Below, piece after piece: positions 55,665 through 64,000 of a stretch of DNA of 64,000 nt. Origin of the DNA: an uncultured bacterium (GTDB lineage Bacteria > Babelota > Babeliae > Babelales > Vermiphilaceae). Position 1 is the stretch's first letter, and each line of letters opens with the position of its first letter. The position numbers and the translations under genes were made by a program. Under the pieces are notes generated by a model. That model did not search any database. It saw only the letters and a program-made list of their open reading frames with translations, and was not told where the DNA came from. The DNA lies in NCBI GenBank assembly GCA_963702025.1, contig OY969699.1, forward strand, positions 288,001 to 352,000, written 5' to 3'.

Positions 55665-58286
55665 TTAGACTCTACCAATTCTGATTTTGACCAGCTTTTT
55701 AATATCAAGGATTTCTTTAACTGCTTTTTGTACTGCTTCCACTGATATTTTCTGCAAAGCGGTAATACGCGTATCAAAATAATCTGCGGGAAGTTTATAT
55801 TGATCTAAAAAAAGAAAGCATTGCGCGGTGCCATAGGATGATTCGAAATTATCAACAAGGGAATTAATAATTGCATTTTTAGCATGCTCAAGATCATTTT
55901 CATTCATCTTTTGTGGTGCCTCTTGTATTGCTTTTTCAATTAACACTTCTGCTTCATGCAAGCAATCATTAGAAACAATCGTCCTGATAAAAATCATACC
56001 CGGCTGCTGGTCAGCGTTAACCGTTAATGATCCCCCGATGGTATAAAAAAGCCCTGTTTGTTCGCGCAATTGAAAAAGCTGTGAGCTCATGGATCCCAAA
56101 ACCCCACCGCTAAAAATCTGCTCAAAAAGTAATAAGGCGCTATAATTGGGATTTGTTTTTTCTAATGAAATCCCGGTATAACATAAAACTGTTTGATCTC
56201 GCTGAATTTGATGGGTAAGAGTTTTTTGAATCACGGGGGTAAGTGCCGGGAAAGTTATCGGCTCAAGAGGAGAGTTTTGCCAGACGCCCAAAGATTCCGT
56301 AATTGTTTGAAGAATATCAACGCCTTCAAGATCACCAACAACGCCAAGGCGCATGGCATTTGGGGCTAAATACTTTTTGTATGAGGTCTTTAAATCAGCC
56401 TCTGTTATTTTTTTAATAGTTTCTAAATCTCCCAACGGATTTTTGTGGTATGGATGCCCTTTATAAACTGCATTTCTGGCAATTTGGCCGACAAACTCCA
56501 ATGGCTCATCCCATAATTGTTCAATATCAGCAACTATTAATTGCCTAACTTTTTCAACATTTTTTTTATTAAATAATGCTTTGGTGAGCATCTGATTGAG
56601 CAAATCAAGACCGGTTGCAAACTCATCTTTTAGCATGGTGAAACTAATTATGCCCGGCTGCACATCAATGCCGATGCCATGTGATTCAGCAAAATCAGCA
56701 AATTCTTCCTCAGTATATTTCTGAGTGCCTTCCAAAAGCATTTGAAACATAAAATTAATGAGCCCTTGCTTATCCTCGGGATCAAAATAGGAGCGCACTG
56801 AAGAATCAACTATCATGCTAATTTTTTTTGAGCCTGGCATAGAGTGAGAAAGTATAACAAGGCCATTCTTTAGTATATCTTTTTTTGCATGCGGATAATT
56901 AAAAGCAGCATACTCTTTTATCGTAACCTCTTGCACATAGGAGCCACATTCAACTACTGATTCGCGGATTTTGCGTGATAAAATTTTTTGGTCCTCAAGA
57001 TCTGATTGTTCTTGCAATGAGAGCCAATATGTCTGCTGCTCATCAGTGGAAAACGGCAAAATCATCCCGGTATATTTAGCGCCGGCCAAGAGATTTTCTT
57101 TAAAAAAGTCATGAACCGCACTTGCAATGTTTTCTTGCTGCCGCATTGGCGTAAACAGTTCTTTTTCATCACCGGTGGCCAAATAAAGCTTCCCAATCTC
57201 ATGCGCAATTTTCTGATTATTTTCAAAAATCCCCAAATACTCCAATTCCGCCTGCTTTTGCGCGCGCAGAATTTCATGAGCCTCTGGCCCATCTTTTTTT
57301 ATTTTTTCTATTTCTTCGCTAACAATTTTTTCTATCGATGCAATTGCTTGCTCATCAATCGGATCAATATGCACAAAAAAGACGCTTTGATCAAATAGAT
57401 CGTAAATATCAACCTGTAAATCGGTTGCCAACTCCTGCTCATTGATCAATTTTTGATATAATCGTGATCCGCGACCTTCTCCCAACACCCAGCTGGCAAT
57501 CTCTGAAACAAAATTTTTGCGTTCTTTGAGTCCCGGAGCGGTCCATGCAAACATAAGCACCGGCTGTTGCACATCGCGGCCCATTATAATCGTTTGATTT
57601 TTAATATCTTTATGGTGATGAAAATGTTGCTTTTTATAGCTCCAATCAGGCTGAATCGCGCCAAATGCATGTTGCACATTTTTTATTGCGTCATCGATTT
57701 GCACATCCCCGGCTATCACCAATGTTGCATTGTTAGGAATATAATGGCGATGGTAAAAATCAAGCAACCCCTGCCGCGTAATGCTCCATAAATCTTGTTT
57801 AAAACCGATAATAGGGAAGTGGTACGGATGCCCTTTGAACATGGCACCGATCATTTCTTCACACAAACTGGTGGCATAATCATCTTTATACATTTTAAGT
57901 TCTTGGATAACCGCCTTTAATTCAGTATTTAAAAGATCTTCTTTAAATGTGCATTTATTCATGCAATTCGCCAAAAGCGGTAACGCCGTGCGCCAATTTT
58001 GTTTGGGGAAATCAAAAATATACGCCGTATAATCATAAGAAGTAAACGCGTTGCAACTACCCGAAAGTTTATGCGTAATCAGATTTATATCCGATTCAGA
58101 AAGTAGATCGGTTCCTTTAAAAATCATATGTTCAAGCAAATGGGCAAGCCCGCGCTCGCCATCTTTTTCGTCTTTTGAGCCCACATTATACCACAATTGC
58201 ACAGCTACTTTGGGGATGGTGGCATTGGGATAAATAAGAACGGTAAGGCCATTATCCAGTATAAATTTAGAAATTGTTTGATGCAT
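55665..58286 (-). CDS. M16 zinc peptidase, signal-less paralog
   Basis: GLAHLLEHMIFKGT; closely parallels 51964..54771. Confidence 0.92.
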   Translation of the reverse strand: MHQTISKFILDNGLTVLIYPNATIPKVAVQLWYNVGSKDEKDGERGLAHLLEHMIFKGTDLLSESDINLITHKLSGSCNAFTSYDYTAYIFDFPKQNWRTALPLLANCMNKCTFKEDLLNTELKAVIQELKMYKDDYATSLCEEMIGAMFKGHPYHFPIIGFKQDLWSITRQGLLDFYHRHYIPNNATLVIAGDVQIDDAIKNVQHAFGAIQPDWSYKKQHFHHHKDIKNQTIIMGRDVQQPVLMFAWTAPGLKERKNFVSEIASWVLGEGRGSRLYQKLINEQELATDLQVDIYDLFDQSVFFVHIDPIDEQAIASIEKIVSEEIEKIKKDGPEAHEILRAQKQAELEYLGIFENNQKIAHEIGKLYLATGDEKELFTPMRQQENIASAVHDFFKENLLAGAKYTGMILPFSTDEQQTYWLSLQEQSDLEDQKILSRKIRESVVECGSYVQEVTIKEYAAFNYPHAKKDILKNGLVILSHSMPGSKKISMIVDSSVRSYFDPEDKQGLINFMFQMLLEGTQKYTEEEFADFAESHGIGIDVQPGIISFTMLKDEFATGLDLLNQMLTKALFNKKNVEKVRQLIVADIEQLWDEPLEFVGQIARNAVYKGHPYHKNPLGDLETIKKITEADLKTSYKKYLAPNAMRLGVVGDLEGVDILQTITESLGVWQNSPLEPITFPALTPVIQKTLTHQIQRDQTVLCYTGISLEKTNPNYSALLLFEQIFSGGVLGSMSSQLFQLREQTGLFYTIGGSLTVNADQQPGMIFIRTIVSNDCLHEAEVLIEKAIQEAPQKMNENDLEHAKNAIINSLVDNFESSYGTAQCFLFLDQYKLPADYFDTRITALQKISVEAVQKAVKEILDIKKLVKIRIGRV

Positions 58287-58418
58287 AAAATTCCATATTT
58301 ATAAACTTTTCTTTATAATTATGCCTCAGCGGCTCTTTTTTGACAAACCCAGGAAAACCTATGAAAAAATTTTTATTTCTTATCTGCATAGCGCCATATT
58401 CTTGAAAGAAAGTCCAAC

Positions 58419-59612
58419 ATGTCCATATTGCCGGCAATCTTTACACCAAACACCATAAAATCTTTTATCACACGCATTTTTATTGCGCCAAATCTCCATA
58501 TCCTATTTTTTGTTACCGTCTTGGTAATGGCCGGCATAACGGCTCAATTTCTCACGGTGCCATTATACCTTCAAGCATTCATGGGTATTGCAATGTCCAT
58601 TCTCATGGTAATTATCAACAAAGTTTGGCGCCTACACAATTATTATTACGCTGTTTTGCCGCTCAGTTTTGCACTCGGGGCACTGCTTTGCTATAAACAA
58701 CAAGAAGTGCAAAAAAAGTTTACTCAGGAAGTAACCCGGCACATCATAACCGTTCATGCAACGGTATGCAACATCGAGCCGATTCAAAATAATCCGCGGT
58801 TTAGAGGCCGCATTACTATTGATGCGCATCTTATAAAAAAGGATGACGGCACTATAATGCAACAAAATCGAAATCTTTCACTATATGTAACCAGAATTCC
58901 TACCGAACTATTGGTTGGCGATGTTATTGAGATTACCGATTTAATATGCAAGGAAATAAAAAACCCTTCATTTGGCACCTATTTGGCCAAGGAAAAAATA
59001 TCGGCAACTCTTTTTCTAGATAATTTTACTTATACCCTTTTAAAGAGACCCACATTTTCTGTTGCACGGTCACTTTTTTACATGCGCAACACGATTTTTA
59101 ATTCATTGCGCAACAAAATAAACAAAGCAACATTCACATTATTTTCCTCAATATTTTTGGGAAATCGCACCGGGGTAAAAAATCAGATAGAAAAAACCAA
59201 AGAATCATTTAAAATTTGGGGACTCAGTCACCACTTGGCCCGTTCGGGGCTGCATCTGGTAATTTTTGCCATGCTTTGGCATTTTATTCTGAATATTTTA
59301 CCAATTGCATTCTTGGCGCGTCAGTTTTTATTTATTTTGTTCGTGTTGCTTTATGCTCTTCTTTCATGGTCAAGCATTTCTTTTGAACGGGCACTCCTCA
59401 TGCTCATTTTTTATAAGCTCACGCTTTTTATCAAAACTCCGTTGCACTACATTCACTTAATAACTTTAGTTACTCTTCTGGTGCTCTTGCTAAATCCATT
59501 ACAACTTTTTTTTCTTGATTTTCAATTAAGCTTTGGCTTGACGTTTGCCCTTGCGTGGTTTAGCGCCATAGAGTCCCGTAAAAACCGACACACCGGCGCA
59601 AATATATTGTAA
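58419..59612 (+). CDS. comEC: ComEC/Rec2-family competence protein (short form, no beta-lactamase domain)
   Basis: GLSHHLARSGLHL, SISFERALLM, LLNPLQLFFLDFQLSF. Confidence 0.85.
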   Translation: MSILPAIFTPNTIKSFITRIFIAPNLHILFFVTVLVMAGITAQFLTVPLYLQAFMGIAMSILMVIINKVWRLHNYYYAVLPLSFALGALLCYKQQEVQKKFTQEVTRHIITVHATVCNIEPIQNNPRFRGRITIDAHLIKKDDGTIMQQNRNLSLYVTRIPTELLVGDVIEITDLICKEIKNPSFGTYLAKEKISATLFLDNFTYTLLKRPTFSVARSLFYMRNTIFNSLRNKINKATFTLFSSIFLGNRTGVKNQIEKTKESFKIWGLSHHLARSGLHLVIFAMLWHFILNILPIAFLARQFLFILFVLLYALLSWSSISFERALLMLIFYKLTLFIKTPLHYIHLITLVTLLVLLLNPLQLFFLDFQLSFGLTFALAWFSAIESRKNRHTGANIL

Positions 59613-59677
59613 ACTACGTATCAAATTGAATACCTTTAGTGAGTAAAGGGACAACTACCATTATAGGGGAGTAGGAT

Positions 59678-61003
59678 ATGGTACCTGTTTCAAGCTCATT
59701 GTTATCAAAAAAAATTTTTATCGCACTCTTGTTTTTTACCATTTCTGTCGGGGCTCGAGAAAAAAAGCCCTGGACATTTATTGTTTACACTGCTGCGGAC
59801 AACAGCTTGCGTGATTTTGCATCCAGGAACATTAAACAAATGTCATCGATCGGGTCAAATAACAACGTTAACATTTTGGTACATCTCGATATCCGGCTCA
59901 TAGGCAGCAAGAAAATGACACGCCGATATTATGTTGAAAAAAATAATCCGGTGCAATTAGAAATGCATGAAAAAACTCCGATGAATAGCGGTGATGCACA
60001 AACACTTATTTCTGCTTGCCAATGGGCCATCGAAGAATACCCTGCCGACCATTATATGCTCGTTCTATGGGACCACGGCACCGGCATTATCGATCCGTAT
60101 GGCCGCAGACACATTGATACTAGAACACTCTTTGTGTATAACCCAGAGGCCAATGCTTATGAACTTGATAGAAGTATTGGATTTTTGGAACTCATCGAAT
60201 TAATTAATGATCCTAGGGGAATCTGCTGGGATGACAGTAATGGAGAGTATTTGACGAATCAGAAGTTTGAATTTGCATTAAATGAAATTGTAACAAACAT
60301 TTTACATGGCAAAAAATTTGAGATCATTGCTTTTGATGCATGTCTTATGTCGATGATAGAAATCGCAAATATCACCAAGAATTATGCAAATATCCAAATC
60401 GGTTCTGTTGAAGTTGAGCCAGGTCCTGGTTATCGCTATGATGAAGTATTGTCTCCGTTTTTACACGGTTCGCCAGATCCCCGTGCCTTTGCAAGCCATG
60501 TTGTTGATTCATTTGCAAAAGCATACAAACCCGTGGGCAACCATCCGGGTTTTGTGGATTACACGCAATCTGCGCTAGACTTAAATCTTATCGGCCTATT
60601 GGAACAAAACGTCGATCAGCTAGGCCAACTTTTTGCCAGCGCCTTACAATCGCCGGATTCTTCACAGTTTAAAAATCTCATTAGTGTAAGCCGCAACAAA
60701 AAAAATTGTACTCATTTTAACGAGCCAAGCTATATTGATTTGCATCACTTCTATGCCAATATTCTTCGCAACCTAACGCCACTAGAAAATAATGTTCTTG
60801 GAAAACAAGTAAAACAGGTTGTACAGGACGGCATACAATTAATTAATAAGGTGGTAATACACACAGTATCTGGCACCAATCTGCCCAACACAAAAGGAAT
60901 TTCAATTTACTTCCCCGAAAGGAAAATACATCCATCCTACAAAAAGACAACCTTTGCAAAAAATGCTTGGGTTAAATTTTTAACTGACTATTTATTAAGC
61001 TGA
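59678..61003 (+). CDS. Clostripain-family (C11) cysteine peptidase, exported
   Basis: KPWTFIVYTAADN, LWDHGTG, FDACLM, GISIYFP. Confidence 0.9.
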   Translation: MVPVSSSLLSKKIFIALLFFTISVGAREKKPWTFIVYTAADNSLRDFASRNIKQMSSIGSNNNVNILVHLDIRLIGSKKMTRRYYVEKNNPVQLEMHEKTPMNSGDAQTLISACQWAIEEYPADHYMLVLWDHGTGIIDPYGRRHIDTRTLFVYNPEANAYELDRSIGFLELIELINDPRGICWDDSNGEYLTNQKFEFALNEIVTNILHGKKFEIIAFDACLMSMIEIANITKNYANIQIGSVEVEPGPGYRYDEVLSPFLHGSPDPRAFASHVVDSFAKAYKPVGNHPGFVDYTQSALDLNLIGLLEQNVDQLGQLFASALQSPDSSQFKNLISVSRNKKNCTHFNEPSYIDLHHFYANILRNLTPLENNVLGKQVKQVVQDGIQLINKVVIHTVSGTNLPNTKGISIYFPERKIHPSYKKTTFAKNAWVKFLTDYLLS

Positions 61004-61047
61004 CAAGAAATTTATACTAAGGGGCATACTATCTTCCAAAGGAGATC

Positions 61048-61647
61048 ATGGACATAAAAATATATAAACAAGGCTTACTTGATAAATTGTATGCCCCCTA
61101 TAGAAACTGCACGCAATGCCCGCTAGGCAAGCTTGGCAGAACCAACGTTGTATTTGGCGAAGGAAACCCCGATGCGCGCATTATGTTTATAGGGGAAGGG
61201 CCCGGACAAGATGAGGACAGGCTTGGTCGTCCTTTTGTAGGACGATCGGGAAAACTACTTGATAAAGTGTTAGAGCTTGCCGCGATTAAACGAACAGATG
61301 TCTTTATCACTAATGTTGTTAAATGTAGACCGCCAAACAATAGAAAACCGTTGGAAAACGAAGTATCGATATGCACATCACTATTTCTATTTAATCAAAT
61401 TAAAATCGTACGCCCCAACATACTATGCACGCTGGGAGCATCGGCATTACAGGGCCTCCTTAATAATTATGAGATTAAAATTAGTCAGATGCGAGGCAAG
61501 CCGATAGTTGCAAAGAATATTCCAGGCCCGGTTATTATGCCCACTTATCATCCGGCCTACATCTTAAGAAACCCAAAAGAACTTAAAAACATGTTTGAAG
61601 ACATAAAAAAAGCCTCAGAAATTGCAATTCAATTGCAGAACAAGTAA
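61048..61647 (+). CDS. Uracil-DNA glycosylase family 4
   Basis: CTQCPL, GEGPG.DED..GRPFVG, VKCRPPNNR, TYHPA. Confidence 0.95.
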   Translation: MDIKIYKQGLLDKLYAPYRNCTQCPLGKLGRTNVVFGEGNPDARIMFIGEGPGQDEDRLGRPFVGRSGKLLDKVLELAAIKRTDVFITNVVKCRPPNNRKPLENEVSICTSLFLFNQIKIVRPNILCTLGASALQGLLNNYEIKISQMRGKPIVAKNIPGPVIMPTYHPAYILRNPKELKNMFEDIKKASEIAIQLQNK

Positions 61648-62034
61648 CTTTTTAGCATTTGTGCAACAAAATGCAGGATTTTTGCAAAAAGCAACATTCT
61701 AGTCTTGTGAGCAAGTTTTTATCCCGAAAGACCATTGGCAGAATTTTTTCATACATTAGAAATCATTTATTTATGAACACTTTTAACTATTTAAATACTA
61801 TAAGAAACAACAAAACTTACCATCTCATTTCATACAGAATAAAATAGCTAAATATTTGAAAACAAAAAATCTATTTTAGAGTCTTAAAAAACTTCTTCTT
61901 ATTGATTAAATTAGGATGCACTCGTCTCTTCACAAAGGCAAAACCAAGCATATGCAACCATAACCGGCCCATTGCACAATTTGCATATTTGAAATTAACA
62001 TTTAAACTGTAGGCTTCAACATTACTGTTATGCT

Positions 62035-62346
62035 GGTGGATAACTTGGTGGATAAGTGGTGGATAAGTGGTGGATAACTTTTTGTGAGTATCTGAATACG
62101 AAGATCCTTGGAGGCTTTCTCGCCCTAGAACACTCTTTAAGTTGCTTTAGTTCGGCCTAAAAGAAGGGGGGGCAAAAGTTATCCACAAGTTATCCACCAC
62201 TTATCCACCAAGTTATCCACCACTCGTCGAACATGCTATTTTGCTTTCTGATCAATGTATTGCGCGTTAACTGGCCAAGTTATCCACCAAAAAACAGCTC
62301 GCCTATTATTATTATAGTTAATATATATTTATATAAATAATAATAA
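62035..62346. other. oriC: Probable chromosomal replication origin (oriC)
   Basis: Nine DnaA boxes (TTATCCACA x1, TTATCCACC x8) in two inverted arrays of four plus one single, followed by a ~44-bp almost pure AT tract, in an ~850-bp intergenic region. Confidence 0.8.
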
Positions 62347-62500
62347 GCAAACCGGGTAGCCCTGCCTGTCTTACAAAACATATGTACGAAACTTGCGCAA
62401 AAAAATAGTTTGTACTAAACTAATTCAAAGTATCAAAAACAATTTCTCTATTTTTCTAAAAATAGTTCATCACGCATAACTCTATAGAAGGCAATTAACG

Positions 62501-63568
62501 GTGAAACTCACTGAAGTGATCGACGAGCTTGTTGAAGAACGTGGTCTAGATAGAAGTATTTTAAGTGGCATAGTATGCGAAGGCATGCTTGCAGCATATC
62601 AAAAAAAATATCCAGATTTAGCGCTCAACGTTAATTTCGATAAAAAAACCAATGAAATGGTTGTTCTCATTGAAAAAGAAGTGGTTTCCTCAGTTGAAGA
62701 TGAAGATCGAGAGATAACCCTTCGCAAAGCTCGCGTGTTCAACGAAAAAGTTGAGCTTGGTGACAAGACCTTTGTTCCCTTTGATGGTTCTATAGGTAGA
62801 ATTGAGATATTGCGTGCAAAACAAGTAATTGCCAACAGCATTCGCAAAATAGAAGCCTCGGCTGTTTACGAAGAGTTTAAAGACAAAGAAGGCACCATAA
62901 TTCACGGTACGGTGCATAAAAATGAGCGTGGCGGCGCTGTTATAAAAATTGGTGACACGCTGGCTTTCCTCCCTAAATCTCTTATGATTCCTGGGGAGAA
63001 ATGTGCTGCCGGATACACCATTCGAGCCCTTTTAAAAGAGGTTTTACCGGAGCCTCGTAATGACAATCAACTTATCTTGGATCGCGCTTCAGAACTATTC
63101 TTGCAACGTCTTTTTGAATTAGAGATTCCCGAGGTTTTTGAAAAATTAGTCGAAATAAAAAAAATAGTGCGTACACCAGGATATAAATCCAAGGTGGCCG
63201 TAATTTCAAATGACAAAAATATTGACCCGGTTGGTACCTGCGTGGGTATTGGCGGCGCGCGTATAAAGCCGGTGCTTAAAGAGCTAGGCGGCGAAAAAAT
63301 CGATATTATAGTTTGGAGCGATTCCCCGGAAATATTAGTTAGAGATTCTCTTAAGCCGGCTCAAATTAATCGAGTAGAGATTATTGATCAGCATAATTGT
63401 AACGTGTGGCTCAATGATGACCAGCGTTCGCTGGCAATCGGCAAAATGGGACAAAATATTTCATTAGCTTCCCGTTTGAGTGGATATGATATTCACTTGG
63501 TTAAAAGCGAGCCAAGCCAACAGGATTCAGCAGCTGAGATAGCTATTGACATAGAAGAATATGATTGA
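62501..63568 (+). CDS. nusA: Transcription factor NusA
   Basis: GRIEILRAKQVI, LFELEIPEV, DPVGTCVGIGGARI, SLAIGKMGQNISLASRL. Confidence 0.96.
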   Translation: MKLTEVIDELVEERGLDRSILSGIVCEGMLAAYQKKYPDLALNVNFDKKTNEMVVLIEKEVVSSVEDEDREITLRKARVFNEKVELGDKTFVPFDGSIGRIEILRAKQVIANSIRKIEASAVYEEFKDKEGTIIHGTVHKNERGGAVIKIGDTLAFLPKSLMIPGEKCAAGYTIRALLKEVLPEPRNDNQLILDRASELFLQRLFELEIPEVFEKLVEIKKIVRTPGYKSKVAVISNDKNIDPVGTCVGIGGARIKPVLKELGGEKIDIIVWSDSPEILVRDSLKPAQINRVEIIDQHNCNVWLNDDQRSLAIGKMGQNISLASRLSGYDIHLVKSEPSQQDSAAEIAIDIEEYD

Positions 63569-63598
63569 CGATTTTAATAGAAAGTGTCATGAAGGCCA

Positions 63599-64000
63599 AT
63601 GCGTGTATATGAGTTTGCAAAAAAGCATGAAGTTTCATCGAAAACATTAATTTCTCTATTGGCTGAGCAAGGATTCGTTGTTTCTAGCCACATGGCCGTG
63701 CTCCCTGACCAAGCATTAGAATTTCTCAATAAAAAGTTTAAAGAAAAATCTAACGTATCAGTCCAAGAAGAAAGAAATAATTTGGAAGCCAAACAAGGTA
63801 TATCACACACCCCTCCCGTCAAAGAGTCAATTCCCCTTGAAACCAAGCCTGTACGAGTAGCGGCTACTCAACTAACTGGAAAAAAAGAGCAGTATCTTGA
63901 GCAAGCACCTAAGGGCGTTCCGGAGAAAAAAAATCAGCTCACTTTGCAGCCATATATACTCTCGGATTTAGCTGAGTTGTTGTCAAAGACAACGAGCGAT
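63599..64000 (+). CDS. infB: Translation initiation factor IF-2, N-terminal part (runs off the window)
   Basis: Manual translation MRVYEFAKKHEVSSKTLISLLAEQGFVVSSHMAVL; follows nusA; open to the window end. Confidence 0.88.
   Translation, partial: MRVYEFAKKHEVSSKTLISLLAEQGFVVSSHMAVLPDQALEFLNKKFKEKSNVSVQEERNNLEAKQGISHTPPVKESIPLETKPVRVAATQLTGKKEQYLEQAPKGVPEKKNQLTLQPYILSDLAELLSKTTSD

Noticed and set aside
61659..61847. 62 aa ORF in the UDG-nusA gap
   Set aside because: GTG start without RBS, AT-rich and featureless; more likely origin-flanking DNA.
62035..62221. GGTGGATAA tandem repeats as a CRISPR array or telomere-like repeat
   Set aside because: Units are 9 bp with 2-3 nt gaps, there are no unique spacers or cas genes, and they match DnaA boxes.

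Overview
AT-rich bacterial chromosome segment. Gene content (many signal-peptide ankyrin, LRR and zinc-finger proteins, type-2 ValRS, paired M16 peptidases) suggests an intracellular parasite of protists, most likely Candidatus Dependentiae/Babelota (TM6). This is an inference, not a database result. Housekeeping genes (alr, tyrS, valS, ybeY, ruvA, tRNA-Gly, jag, mnmE, RNase E/G, gatB, DEAD-box helicase, photolyase, MutY-like, ComEC, UDG, nusA, infB) alternate with clusters of putative host-directed effectors. Highlights: (1) a duplicated three-gene cassette at 23.4-28.3 kb. It encodes a secreted precursor with a conserved domain ending in LVAKVRGNGGG and a divergent 57-58 aa hydrophobic tail, a co-diverging 3-TM protein and a secreted helical protein. 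This is a candidate undescribed polymorphic peptide toxin/immunity system, with a sequence scar suggesting module replacement. (2) About 16 exported proteins have Met, usually Met-Glu, directly after the predicted signal-peptide cleavage site. (3) Three secreted zinc-finger proteins carry NLS-, SIM- and MIU-like motifs, and five ankyrin proteins carry C-terminal F-box-like motifs. (4) A family of nesting REP-like palindromes has inserted in frame twice in mnmE. (5) A likely oriC with two inverted arrays of DnaA boxes lies just before nusA. (6) A structured leader with two alternative folds precedes the DEAD-box helicase gene. Also present: an intact IS4-family element with IRs and TSD, and a frameshifted doc toxin. 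All calls were made by eye from motifs and no searches were run.
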